From contig CANGFK010000001.1 of assembly GCA_947452925.1 (NCBI GenBank), positions 1 through 62,711 on the forward strand: a stretch of 62,711 bases of DNA, given 5' to 3'. The notes under the pieces are model-generated. The model saw only the letters and a list, made by a program, of their open reading frames with translations, searched no databases and was not told where the DNA came from. This document shows, one piece after another, positions 20,503 to 30,421 of this stretch. Source of the DNA: Chitinophagaceae bacterium (GTDB lineage: Bacteria; Bacteroidota; Bacteroidia; Chitinophagales; Chitinophagaceae). Made by a program: the position numbers and the translations under genes. Position 1 is the first letter of the stretch. Each line of letters opens with the position of its first letter.

Positions 20503-22011
20503 CTATAGTTCTTTTACTGCAGTTTCAAACCCTTTGCTGATTAGTGCTTCTAATTGTATGGTTACAGCATCTTTAAATCCGTTAAAAGCAGATAAATCTA
20601 TATCCCAAAGGCTTACGTCTTTCAAAACCAGATTTACAACTGATGCTGCATTCGCACCATTCCAATGGTCACTTAAAACTGCCGCATAATCATCTGTTAT
20701 GGTATAATCCTTGCCATTTAGGTTACCAATATATTTGCCATCTGCATTTCTGGTGCTTTTCATAAATAATATGTAAGCAGCAAAACCAAGGGCCATATAA
20801 GATGGTGGTGTTTGGTTGGCAGCAAAGTATTTCTGAAGGATTGGCACATTACGCAACTTCATTTTAGAAGTGTATTGCATGGAAATGCTTATCCATAAAT
20901 GCTCTATATAAGGATTGCGGAATCTATCCAACACCTTGCCAGCAAAAGCTTGTGCATCTGCCAAATTAATATTCTTATTAAGGATAGCAGGAGCCATCTC
21001 TTTATTGGAAATATTAGTAATGAACGTAGAGAATGTAGTATTGGCCATTGCCTCTTTTACTGTTGCAAATCCTCCCACAATTGCTAATCCACAAGAGAAA
21101 GTATGGGTACCATTCAGCAATCGTAGCTTCAATTCACGGAACTTGTTGATGTCATCTACTATCACAACCCCTTCTTCATCTGCTTTGCTGAATGATAATA
21201 TTGCTTTTGATTGGGCATTTGAAGTTTCAATCGCCCATAAACGATAACATTCACTCATTATCAGCAAGTCATCCGAATAGCCCAAAGTTTCTTCTGCCGC
21301 TTTCAACTCACTCGCAGCAGGCTTTCCAGGTACAATTCTATCCACCAATGAATTACAGAAGTCATTGGCAGAATCAATCCAGCTGATAAAGGCTTCGCTC
21401 AAGTTGTTATTAATAGCCAATTGTTTTACGATGTCTTTTAGTTTCGTACCATTGTCCACTACTAGTTCTGTAGGAACAATTACAAATCCACTATCCGCAC
21501 TACCACCAAAGGTTTCAAACCTCTTTAAAAGTACTGCTAATAGTTTTCCTGGGAAAGATTTGGGTGGAGCAGCCGTAACTTTATCATCATCAACTAAAGT
21601 GATACCTACTTCAGTGGTATTTGAAATAATAACCTTCAGTTCTGGACTTGCTGCAACTTTTAATATTTCTGCCCACTCATCACTTGCTGCCAACACACGG
21701 CTGATAGATGAATTGATAATAACTTCATCAACTTTAGTACCATTATCAATTCCTTTTATCAATTGTGTATACAATCCATCTTGTGTTGCAAAAGCATCTG
21801 TACCACCCGTATTTGTACTCTTTACCACAACAATACGTCCATTAAATATGCCCTGACGGTTTGCTTTATCTATGAAGTCATCTATCAGTCCTCTTAGCAA
21901 TACGCCTGTACCGAATTGTAAAACTTTTTCAGGAAGTGAGAATACATCTTTAGGGGGTAATTGAGCAGTTCCTGCTTTAACGTTTGCAAGATTCTGTTTT
22001 GATAAGTTCAT
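20503..22011 (-). CDS. uxaB: Tagaturonate reductase (altronate oxidoreductase)
   Basis: PEKVLQFGTGVLLRG, SNTTEVGI, SFPGKL, NSLVDRIVPG, KLRLLNGTHT, DRFRNP. Confidence 0.92.
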   Translation of the reverse strand: MNLSKQNLANVKAGTAQLPPKDVFSLPEKVLQFGTGVLLRGLIDDFIDKANRQGIFNGRIVVVKSTNTGGTDAFATQDGLYTQLIKGIDNGTKVDEVIINSSISRVLAASDEWAEILKVAASPELKVIISNTTEVGITLVDDDKVTAAPPKSFPGKLLAVLLKRFETFGGSADSGFVIVPTELVVDNGTKLKDIVKQLAINNNLSEAFISWIDSANDFCNSLVDRIVPGKPAASELKAAEETLGYSDDLLIMSECYRLWAIETSNAQSKAILSFSKADEEGVVIVDDINKFRELKLRLLNGTHTFSCGLAIVGGFATVKEAMANTTFSTFITNISNKEMAPAILNKNINLADAQAFAGKVLDRFRNPYIEHLWISISMQYTSKMKLRNVPILQKYFAANQTPPSYMALGFAAYILFMKSTRNADGKYIGNLNGKDYTITDDYAAVLSDHWNGANAASVVNLVLKDVSLWDIDLSAFNGFKDAVTIQLEALISKGFETAVKEL

Positions 22012-22147
22012 TGTATAAAATTTAAGTAATTAAAAGAGAAAGTCTCGTCGACTGATGCAAGTGTAAAACCTTTTATTGATATCGTCCAAAAAACGAGTGC
22101 AATTGTAGGACATTATTTTTTACTACTAAATGATTTTCGTAGTTTAT

Positions 22148-22165
22148 TTACGCAAACGTTTTATT
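22148..22165. promoter_or_regulatory. Possible LacI-family operator upstream of uxaB
   Basis: ttacgcaaacgttttatt contains the GCAAACGTTT core typical of LacI/GalR sites; the palindrome is imperfect. Confidence 0.4.
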
Positions 22166-22229
22166 TTTATACTTTGTCTCATTTATTTATATTCTACAAG
22201 CCTTGTAAACTAAAAAATTCTTGTCTGTC

Positions 22230-23276
22230 TTACAGCTGAATAACCTTACCTGTATTGCTGCTTTCAAATGCTGCTTCTATTACGCGAACTACGTCTACAG
22301 AACTTTCTGGTAACACCGGAACATCAGCACCTTCACGTATTGCCTTGTAGATTCCATTGAAATAGGTCATATAATTTCCTTGTATTGTAGGTATTTTCTC
22401 GCGAATAATCTTACCCTCTTTTTCTGTATGTAATAAACCCCAAAAAGATTCATCTTCCCGTCCCCAATCTTCGCCAACAGGTAACTTTCCGGCCGCCAAT
22501 GCTTCTTCTTGTATGTTTGATTTAGGTTTTATGAAAGAACCTTTAGTCCCATGAATAACATAGCCTCTCGCCTCTCTTGCCAATGTAGTTGCAACAATTC
22601 TTACACGTAAGTTTCTATAATAAAGCAATACTTCAAAATAATCATCTACTTTACTTATCTCTCTCATTATCCTTATATCTGCAAACAGACTAGTAGGCTT
22701 TCCAAACAACTGTAATGCCTGATCTATCAAGTGAGAACCTAAATCGTACAAAATACCAGTACCCTTCACGGGTGTTTCTTTATGCACCTTATAGCTGAGT
22801 GTTTCTGCATATCTGTCAAAATGCAGTTCTGCTTCCACCACATTTCCCAATAATTTTTTAGTAATAATATCTTTTACTGTCAAGAAATCGCTGTCATATC
22901 GTCTGTTCTGAAAGCCAGAAAGCCTTCTTCCTTCTTGTTGCGCAATAACAATCAATTCTTTGCCTTCCTGCTCGGTGACTGTAAAAGGTTTTTCTATTAT
23001 TACGTGTTTACCAGCAAGTAAAGCACGTTTTGCAAAGTCGTAGTGGGTAATATTAGGTGTATTCACTATCACTAGTTCTACGTCGTCATCCGCCAGCAAT
23101 GCTTCATAACTATCATAAGAAATAGCATCGGGATAATATTGCTTAATTGTTTTTGTGCTTCTCTCCCAGCTACCATGAAGGATAAATTGATCATTTACTG
23201 ATAAAAATGGGCCGTGAAATACCTTGCCCGACATACCGAAGGAACATAAAGCTGCTTTAATGGGGCTGAAACTCAT
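22230..23276 (-). CDS. Gfo/Idh/MocA family oxidoreductase
   Basis: FGMSGKVFH, GKHVIIEKPF, FQNRRYDSDF, YDLGSHLIDQ. Confidence 0.92.
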   Translation of the reverse strand: MSFSPIKAALCSFGMSGKVFHGPFLSVNDQFILHGSWERSTKTIKQYYPDAISYDSYEALLADDDVELVIVNTPNITHYDFAKRALLAGKHVIIEKPFTVTEQEGKELIVIAQQEGRRLSGFQNRRYDSDFLTVKDIITKKLLGNVVEAELHFDRYAETLSYKVHKETPVKGTGILYDLGSHLIDQALQLFGKPTSLFADIRIMREISKVDDYFEVLLYYRNLRVRIVATTLAREARGYVIHGTKGSFIKPKSNIQEEALAAGKLPVGEDWGREDESFWGLLHTEKEGKIIREKIPTIQGNYMTYFNGIYKAIREGADVPVLPESSVDVVRVIEAAFESSNTGKVIQL

Positions 23277-23373
23277 CGTTAGTGTTTTTATGATTATTTA
23301 AAATAAATTTTGAACAGACTGCAAAGAAACAATAATGCTTTGTACTGAATAGTAAAAGAAATTTAGAGGTATT

Positions 23374-23412
23374 AAAAAAGGCGAATCATTTAAGTATGAT
23401 TCGCCTTTTTTT
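23374..23412 (-). terminator. Rho-independent terminator
   Basis: aaaaaaggcgaatcat...atgattcgccttttttt. Confidence 0.8.
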
Positions 23413-23428
23413 GCTGAAATAATAGTCC

Positions 23429-24793
23429 TTATTGTTTCTTCACAGGACTTAAAGTTGCTGGTGGCAGTTTACCCATAGGTGTATAATCTTTTTTATACAA
23501 AGCAGGTGTTACTTTGGTACTATCTCCCTGATAAACCCAGGTGATATTGCCAAAATACTTGCTGAATGCTTTATTCACTTCAATTGTCTTTAGTTTCTTC
23601 ATGTCATCGCTGATTGTCAATGAACGCTTCCAATTGTTATGCAAAACTTCATTGGCAGCCAGCGAAGAAGCCTGTGCACTATTGGTTTCTTGCTTATAAA
23701 AGAAGCTGGTTACGTAGGTGGTCTTCATATTCTTCACTTCATCTTCTGTAAACCCTTCATTTTTTGTTTTATTAATCAGTTTATTAACCACACCAATGTA
23801 TTTGTCGGGTTCTTTGGTGGTTACATACATATTACTTGTCGAAGAAAGTCCTCCATCCAGATAAGCAGCAGGTGCATAAGAAAGACCATTGTTTGTACGT
23901 ACTTCCAGGAAGGTTCTGTCAAAGAAAATTCTCATTGCTAAGGCATATGCATTAAAGTCGGGCGTGCCTGGTAATGGTGCACTTGTAACACCTATAATAT
24001 AGTTGGTAGCCAACTCTTTCTTCTCGCTTTTAAAAGAATTTGCTACTGGATGATAGGACTGACGCTTCAATATAAAAGGTGCTCCTTGTGGAATTTTATT
24101 CAGCAGTTCGGTTACCTTCTTTTCAATTAAATCCTTTTCCAGATTACCTACTACTACAATCAACATACGAGAGCGAGTAAGTATGGACTTGTAATAAGCT
24201 TTAGTTTGTTCCGCTGTTAGCTTACTCACTATTTCTTCTGTTCCTTGTGGACTTTTTGCATAATCTTTTCCTTTAAATGCTGTTTCTTTTGCCAGTTTGC
24301 TGATGGATGCATCTGGATCGGAATTTTGTTGTTTCAAATTGTTGATGGCATCTTGTTTTATCCTGTCAAATTCTGTTTTATCAAAAGCAGGAATAGTCAA
24401 TGCGTCTGTATACAATGGCCAAACGCTTTCAAAGTCGCTAGCAATACAGTTCATTGTAAAGGTGGCGAAGTCCATTGCCGAGTTGCCTCCTACGTTGGCA
24501 CTCGCCTTGTCTAATTTATTCTTAAAACTATTTTTATCATCTTTTTCTGTTCCACATTCTGTCAATGCACTAAAGGCTAGGCTTTCTATTCCGGCTTTGC
24601 TAGCAGGATAATTCTGTACGCCCCCTTTGATGATAGTTTGTATCTCCAGTATCTCATTACTCGTTGGCTGTACAATTACTTTGACGCCGTTTATCGTTAG
24701 TTCATACGCTTTTTTCCCTTGGCCAAAGCTGGATAGACCAAGCATCAGCATTCCTGCCAGTATAAAGAGTGAATTAAATATTTTACTTTTCAT
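23429..24793 (-). CDS. M16 (pitrilysin) family peptidase, non-catalytic subunit
   Basis: M16 fold motifs, C-terminal EVRTNNGLSY (R/Y pair), no HxxEH; start moved to MKSKIF signal peptide. Confidence 0.85.
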   Translation of the reverse strand: MKSKIFNSLFILAGMLMLGLSSFGQGKKAYELTINGVKVIVQPTSNEILEIQTIIKGGVQNYPASKAGIESLAFSALTECGTEKDDKNSFKNKLDKASANVGGNSAMDFATFTMNCIASDFESVWPLYTDALTIPAFDKTEFDRIKQDAINNLKQQNSDPDASISKLAKETAFKGKDYAKSPQGTEEIVSKLTAEQTKAYYKSILTRSRMLIVVVGNLEKDLIEKKVTELLNKIPQGAPFILKRQSYHPVANSFKSEKKELATNYIIGVTSAPLPGTPDFNAYALAMRIFFDRTFLEVRTNNGLSYAPAAYLDGGLSSTSNMYVTTKEPDKYIGVVNKLINKTKNEGFTEDEVKNMKTTYVTSFFYKQETNSAQASSLAANEVLHNNWKRSLTISDDMKKLKTIEVNKAFSKYFGNITWVYQGDSTKVTPALYKKDYTPMGKLPPATLSPVKKQ

Positions 24794-24875
24794 ATTTAGT
24801 TTATTAATTGATAATTTATTAATTGAAAGTTGAGTTGATTTCATATTTCCTAACTCATATTTCATATTTAGCTTC

Positions 24876-26237
24876 TTATGGCTTAAAAAATGCATCTGCC
24901 TTCAATGCTTTATTTGCTTCCGGACTAATAATCATTCCTGCAACATAAGGCTTGCCGGTAACATATTTAGATACATAACGTTTGATGTCTTCCCTAGTAA
25001 TTGCCTTACAATTTTTGATGTAGTCGGTGTTGAATTCATAAGAAGCACTGCACCACCAATAAGTAAGATTATGTGGCAACTCAGAAGGTTTTTCCAAGCT
25101 CCTCAAATTGTTTCTGCGCAGTGTTTGTTTGGCATCTTCTAGTTGTTCATCTGTAAAATAATCATCATTTTGCCACATCGCTACCTGTTTCTTTATTTCA
25201 TCGGTACATTCTTTTAATTTATTTGGATTAGGCACTGCAAAAATGCTTATCGGGCCCACATATTTGGATGTTTGATAGCTTACACTTGCATAAGATGCTA
25301 AGCCAGTGTTGATGAGTGCTTGTTGCCATTTGGAAGAATTCAATCCTAGAATGGTGGAGAAAACATCGGCTGCAATGGTAGAAACAGAGTCATTTCTGGT
25401 GTCTGGACCTTGCCAATAATAATTAATATATGGTGTTTGGGCAATAGAAGATTCTTTAATAAAATAATCTGTCTTAGTAAGCGGTGCAAACTCGGGGATG
25501 GGATATTTTGCATGAGGATCTTCGCCGCTAGATTCCCAATTGCCAAAAATACTTTCCACCAATGCAAAGGCAGTTGCGTGGTCAACGTCGCCACCTACAA
25601 CCACCAATGAGTTGTTGGGGACGTAATATTTATTTTTGATGGTGGTCATCTTCTCAGGCGTTGCTGTATTGATGATGTTGTGGTCGCCAATTGGGTTTTT
25701 ACGTGTAAATAAATCGCTCCACAGTTTTTTATTGGTTTCATACCACAGTTGAAAGCCGGGGTCGCTTTCATTTCTTTGAAACTCGCCATCTACAACCAGT
25801 CTTTCCTTCTTCATATCTTCTACTCTAAAGAGCGGGAAGCGTATGGCAGCATTCATAAACTGCAGTCCTGCTTTCAGACTGTCTTTATCAAACGTAAAAA
25901 AATAATTCACTCTTTCTTCTCCTGTAGTACCATTCCAGATGGCGCCTAATTCTTGGGTTCTTTTCAAAAACTTCTCCTGATTGGGGTATGCCTGATTGGC
26001 TTTAAAAAACATGTGCTCAAACATGTGCGACAAGCCACTGTATTCTGGTCCCTCGGTGTAGGCACCGTTTTTTACAGTAATTTCGATGGTAGCAAGTGGC
26101 ACTTTGTTGTTTTCTATCACTACTACTTCCAGACCATTGGGCAATTTCTCCCAAAAATACCCTTTAGGCAATCGTGGCTGACTAACGGCTAGCAGTGGCA
26201 GCAGCACGGATAAATAAATTCCTTTTTTTAAGTTCAT
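24876..26237 (-). CDS. M16 family zinc peptidase, catalytic subunit
   Basis: LPNGLEV, GLSHMFEHMFF (HxxEH), NGTT, YYVPNN. Confidence 0.92.
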   Translation of the reverse strand: MNLKKGIYLSVLLPLLAVSQPRLPKGYFWEKLPNGLEVVVIENNKVPLATIEITVKNGAYTEGPEYSGLSHMFEHMFFKANQAYPNQEKFLKRTQELGAIWNGTTGEERVNYFFTFDKDSLKAGLQFMNAAIRFPLFRVEDMKKERLVVDGEFQRNESDPGFQLWYETNKKLWSDLFTRKNPIGDHNIINTATPEKMTTIKNKYYVPNNSLVVVGGDVDHATAFALVESIFGNWESSGEDPHAKYPIPEFAPLTKTDYFIKESSIAQTPYINYYWQGPDTRNDSVSTIAADVFSTILGLNSSKWQQALINTGLASYASVSYQTSKYVGPISIFAVPNPNKLKECTDEIKKQVAMWQNDDYFTDEQLEDAKQTLRRNNLRSLEKPSELPHNLTYWWCSASYEFNTDYIKNCKAITREDIKRYVSKYVTGKPYVAGMIISPEANKALKADAFFKP

Positions 26238-26419
26238 TTTTAGCATTTTTAGTTTACAGTATATAAAAATATCGTCTACAATTGGCTAAAGTAGGTATTA
26301 GGGTGCAATGATTAACTTTTTGTGTTATAAATTTTATAAACGGAAGGATAATTGGTTGAGTGGAGAGTAATCGGTAAATAGAAGTTTGGGAGGTAATAAA
26401 GGTTGACCAAGGGTTAGTA

Positions 26420-26962
26420 TTAGTATACTTTAGGAGTATCAATTTTATGATAGAATGTGTCGTTGTCATCTATTAATTTTAATGTATCGTTATAGATTAT
26501 TCCTTTACTGTTATGAAAATTGTTCATGTTTAATAGAATCTCATTACCATCTTGCTTATATCTTCCCCAATAATAAAAATCATAAGTATGTTCATGTTCC
26601 TCTGAAATAACATAACCATTTGTTTTGAATTGTAAGCCATCATCTGTTGAAAATTTAGTTGGGCTATTACTTAACTCTTTGGAAAATTCCCTTTTATATT
26701 CATCAACTAGGAAACCAATGGAAAGAAAGCATAAGGACATAATAGCTGGAAGAAATGCAATCTTAACTTTATTCTTTCTAAAATAATTAATTCCATAAAT
26801 AAGATAACCTATGATCAAACCACCAAAAAACAGGAAATAAATAATCCAATTTAATATATCTAATAAATCCCATAGATATTCGTTCAAATGATAAACTATA
26901 TATCCAAATTGTATTAGTCCTACTATTGATAAAATGTAAATATGTATTTTGATTTTTATCAT
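26420..26962 (-). CDS. Hypothetical membrane protein (3 N-terminal TM segments), very AT-rich
   Basis: 180-aa ORF, hydrophobic N-half, no recognisable motif. Confidence 0.6.
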   Translation of the reverse strand: MIKIKIHIYILSIVGLIQFGYIVYHLNEYLWDLLDILNWIIYFLFFGGLIIGYLIYGINYFRKNKVKIAFLPAIMSLCFLSIGFLVDEYKREFSKELSNSPTKFSTDDGLQFKTNGYVISEEHEHTYDFYYWGRYKQDGNEILLNMNNFHNSKGIIYNDTLKLIDDNDTFYHKIDTPKVY

Positions 26963-27358
26963 AAACTAAAATTTTTTCATATAGCCATCTTAATGATTGT
27001 AATTACATTGTTAGCAAATAGCAATCAATAGAAAAGTTATTTTTAAACCCACTCCAACAAATATATACACTATAAAAATGCAACAATTTATAGGGAAAGA
27101 AAATTTCCCACCCCTACTTTTAAAATAAAATTTTAAAACCTGTGAATTATACAAATCTTATCTGAAATTGTATAACATTTATAGATGATTGCCCAAATAG
27201 TTTTGTGAGATAAATAAAATAGGTAATCATGTCTCTTCCATTTATAAATTCTACTCTTTTTTACCTCTCTTCAAGCGTGCTTATTCTGCGCAATCTTTTA
27301 TTACTTTATTTTTTTACCCGATGGCGTTATTCAAACTAGCGGAAGCATAAAAGCAGGT

Positions 27359-27598
27359 TGTTTTTAGAAATTCTAGCGAAAAATTCAAAAACTATCGAGA
27401 GTTTTTGGAAAACCTAGCGGAAAATCGAAAAACTCTCGCTTGTTTTCAAAAAACTCAGCGGAAAATCCAAAAACTATCGAGAGTTTTTGAAAAACCTAGC
27501 GGAAAATCGTAAAACTCTCGCGTGTTTTCAAAAATTCCGGCGGAAAATTCAAAAACTCTCGCGTGTTTTTGAAAAAACATCCGGAATTTCAAAAAACA
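27359..27598. repeat. 41-bp-period tandem array (5 units) bounded by ~18-bp terminal inverted repeats
   Basis: (C/T)(T/C)AGCGGAAAAT-type units at 27373, 27414, 27455, 27496, 27537; ends tgtttttagaaattctag / ccggaatttcaaaaaaca. Confidence 0.85.
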
Positions 27599-27699
27599 GA
27601 CAGACAATAGGATTTAGCCTGCTCTTTTATTAAGTAAATCAAATACACCATCAAAAAATTAGTTGGGTAATCAGTTTTAAAAAAATTAAATTTAAAAAA

Positions 27700-28401
27700 A
27701 TGAAAAAAGTATCGTTAGATGGAGTAAGTACCCGATTGATAAGAAGAATCTTGCTACGTGATATAGCCAAGAAAGCAAAAAAAATGAGTGATGCCATCAA
27801 TGGCAACACCGCTGTGTTTACTGGTGTGCAACCTTTCTCTGCCATTGCAGTTGCAGCGCTCATTCTTTCCTTTACTACGGCAGAAGGCGCTTATGCAGTG
27901 GGTGGACTCTTGAAAAAGAATGATTTTTTAGACGCAAAAACAGCATTATATGACTGTGTACTTGCCTTTGCGCCGTATGTGAATGACCTTGCAATAGGCG
28001 ACAAGGTAAAGCTAGATTTGAGTACTCTTCCTTTGTTAAGTGACGAATTGGATATTGCAAAACTGATTGCCGATGGTGGTGTTGCCGAAAATATTACTGC
28101 CAAGCAGGGTGTTTCGCCAAGGCAGATTATTACCAGCTGCAATTCTTTTGGTGAAAAGGTAAGTTATTTAGTAATTGTAAGTGAAGGAATTCCCCTTCCT
28201 GCAGGTTTTCATGTAGAAAGCAATGGCACTGTAACAACGCCCACTGGAAACAGATGTTTTGTAAATAGTTTTGGTAATAGGAGGAAGTCTTTTGTAAACC
28301 TACTTCCAAAAACTGAGTATTTTGTGTATTATGTACTCACCTATGGCGTTACTACTGTTGGTGTAGTAAGTGCAGGTGTTTCCATCGTAACAAGTGCCTG
28401 A
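27700..28401 (+). CDS. Hypothetical protein: N-terminal helical region plus C-terminal Fn3-like region
   Basis: FAPYVNDLAIGD helix motif; C-terminal FVNLLPKTEYFVY resembles the Fn3 LxPxTxY signature; no signal peptide. Confidence 0.7.
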   Translation: MKKVSLDGVSTRLIRRILLRDIAKKAKKMSDAINGNTAVFTGVQPFSAIAVAALILSFTTAEGAYAVGGLLKKNDFLDAKTALYDCVLAFAPYVNDLAIGDKVKLDLSTLPLLSDELDIAKLIADGGVAENITAKQGVSPRQIITSCNSFGEKVSYLVIVSEGIPLPAGFHVESNGTVTTPTGNRCFVNSFGNRRKSFVNLLPKTEYFVYYVLTYGVTTVGVVSAGVSIVTSA

Positions 28402-28464
28402 TGAGCAACTTTGTTTGCTATTTCAACAACCATTTGAGTAACTAGAATCTAGTTATATAAAAAG

Positions 28465-28500
28465 AAAAGGGTTATAAATCGTATGATTTATAACCCTTTT
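28465..28500. terminator. Bidirectional terminator at the tmRNA 3' end
   Basis: aaaagggttataaatc-gtat-gatttataaccctttt. Confidence 0.85.
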
Positions 28501-28512
28501 GCAATTAATAAG

Positions 28513-28882
28513 TGGAGCTGAGGGGAGTCGAACCCCTGTCCAAACAAATCCGCCATAAGCCTTCTACATGCTTAGTTTGTTATTGATTGTCGGGTGTAGG
28601 CAGGAAACAAACAAACCGACCTACACCTTAGCTGGATAATCTTTTGTTGCAGGCACAGCCTACTGCAACAGCATCTTGTATTTAGTTTGAGTCGGCGGGA
28701 GAACTTGGTAACAAGCCAACCTGTTCTGCGGCCCTAATGACTGGCTAATCTCTGATTAGGCAGCCATGGCATACTGTGTATTGCCATTTAAAGTTTGAAT
28801 ATTCAGATTTAAGTGCTAATTATCCAACGCACTGCATGCTTATACCTACAAAGAACTTTGCTGTCGAAACCAGTACAGCCCC
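28513..28882 (-). ncRNA. ssrA: tmRNA; tag reading frame GNTQYAMAA*
   Basis: Minus strand begins GGGGCTGTACTGGTTTCGACAGC and ends GGACAGGGGTTCGACTCCCCTCAGCTCCA; internal GGCAATACACAGTATGCCATGGCTGCCTAA. Confidence 0.97.
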
Positions 28883-29036
28883 ATTACCTGCAAATGAATA
28901 AACGGCGGATTACTTAAATGCAGTGGACGAAAATACGAAACATATTGCGTACAGTACTTATTAGTTTACTAATTGCTTTATGGATTTGCCATTTGCTATA
29001 ATAAATTTAGTAAAACGATAAAAATAATATTAGCAA

Positions 29037-29051
29037 TACTAAATTTTAGTA
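29037..29051. promoter_or_regulatory. Palindromic operator candidate upstream of the 2H/2H/radical SAM operon
   Basis: TACTAAA-T-TTTAGTA, flanked by AATATT on both sides; extra TTTAGTA half-site near 29006. Confidence 0.5.
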
Positions 29052-29094
29052 GTAATATTGTTCTAAAATATTTAGCATTTTATAATTATTGTTT

Positions 29095-29715
29095 ATGGAG
29101 TCAGTATCTCTTTTGCAATCGCAAGATAAAATTTTACCTACAGACCATGGATTCTTATTCGAATACTTATTGGTGGCATCTCCAAGCACAGAAGTTTACA
29201 AACAAGTGATGGAGGAGAAGCATTCCTTCTATGATACATACAGGGAAAAGGTTTCACTAAAAACGAAACCACATATTACCATTGCCAACTTCCTTGCAAA
29301 AGAAGCCATGGAAGAAACGATAATCCGCTGGATGAACCGTTCTATTGCCACTCAGCCAAGGTTTTCTGTTTTGCTAAACAATTTTGGAGGCTTTCCTCCC
29401 CACACCATCTATATAAGGGTACAGCAGGAGCAACCTTTTAAGAAGTTGGCAGCAGCGTTGCAGTCTGTCAATCACTTTATAACTAGCAACAATTGTCCGC
29501 CCATGCACCTGATTACAAAGCCACACCTTACTGTCGCGAGAAGATTATCCCCTGAAATATTTGCGAAAGCGATGCTAGATTATTCACCCAAGACTTTTGA
29601 GGCTTCTTTCGAACTGAATGAACTCGTTCTCTTACGCCGTCAGCATCAGTTTGATAATTGCAAACAGATTACAAGCTTTCATTTAGCCCCTGCAGAAAAT
29701 TTATTATTCAACTAA
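29095..29715 (+). CDS. 2H phosphoesterase (2'-5' RNA ligase family)
   Basis: Two HxT motifs: PHITI and PHLTV. Confidence 0.85.
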   Translation: MESVSLLQSQDKILPTDHGFLFEYLLVASPSTEVYKQVMEEKHSFYDTYREKVSLKTKPHITIANFLAKEAMEETIIRWMNRSIATQPRFSVLLNNFGGFPPHTIYIRVQQEQPFKKLAAALQSVNHFITSNNCPPMHLITKPHLTVARRLSPEIFAKAMLDYSPKTFEASFELNELVLLRRQHQFDNCKQITSFHLAPAENLLFN

Positions 29716-29723
29716 AAAAGAGA

Positions 29724-30311
29724 ATGATGAACGAATATATAAACGAATATCTATTGGTTATTCAGCCTAATGAAGACTTGTGCGAAAGAATAATGACTAT
29801 GAAAAATCATTTTGCAAGCAATTACCAATGTCCGCAGGCAATGCACATAAAGCCACAGATAACACTGATAAAATTCAGTCATTACGATATGGCAGAATCG
29901 CGCTTTGTAAATAGATTCCGGAATATTGCAAACGCCAATCCTCCATTCAAAATAACACTCAACGACTTTGGAAGCTTTCCTTCACATACTATTTATGTCA
30001 ATATTCAAACTACCAATCAGCTTTCAGAACTAACTAAAGAGTTGAAACAAGTACAGGCATTCATAAAGCCAGATGCACAACATAAGCCTCATTTTATTAC
30101 TGACCATTTTATTAGTATCGCCCAAAAATTATTGCCTTGGCAATATGAAAAGGGATGGTTAGAGTATAGCAACACCCATTTTAATTCGTCCTTTATGGTC
30201 AACGAAATGCTTTTGCTTAAAAGGCGCGAGGGAACTAATAGTTTTAAAGTAATGGAACGGTTTCCTTTACTCAATCAGATAAAGAAATTGGAACAAGCAA
30301 GTATGTTTTAA
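29724..30311 (+). CDS. 2H phosphoesterase paralog with degenerate catalytic motifs
   Basis: Aligns by eye to the upstream gene (EYLLV..P, LNxFGxFPxHTIY); HxT motifs replaced by PQITL and HFISI. Confidence 0.8.
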   Translation: MMNEYINEYLLVIQPNEDLCERIMTMKNHFASNYQCPQAMHIKPQITLIKFSHYDMAESRFVNRFRNIANANPPFKITLNDFGSFPSHTIYVNIQTTNQLSELTKELKQVQAFIKPDAQHKPHFITDHFISIAQKLLPWQYEKGWLEYSNTHFNSSFMVNEMLLLKRREGTNSFKVMERFPLLNQIKKLEQASMF

Positions 30312-30321
30312 AGGAATAACC

Positions 30322-30409
30322 GCCACAAAGACACTAAAACAGAAAGGAACACAAAGAAGAAAAAAGCAACTTTTCTTAGTGCTTCTTTCTGCCTTCGAGT
30401 CTTTGTGGC
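30322..30409. repeat. REP-like palindrome inside the operon
   Basis: gccacaaagac ... gtctttgtggc with 9-bp-periodic arms. Confidence 0.6.
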
Positions 30410-30421
30410 AAAACTTATAGT

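Noticed and set aside
26280-28512. Prophage or integrative element at ssrA
   Set aside because: No integrase, phage gene or duplicated att sequence found
28513-28545. tRNA gene
   Set aside because: The T-arm and acceptor sequence belong to the tmRNA 3' end
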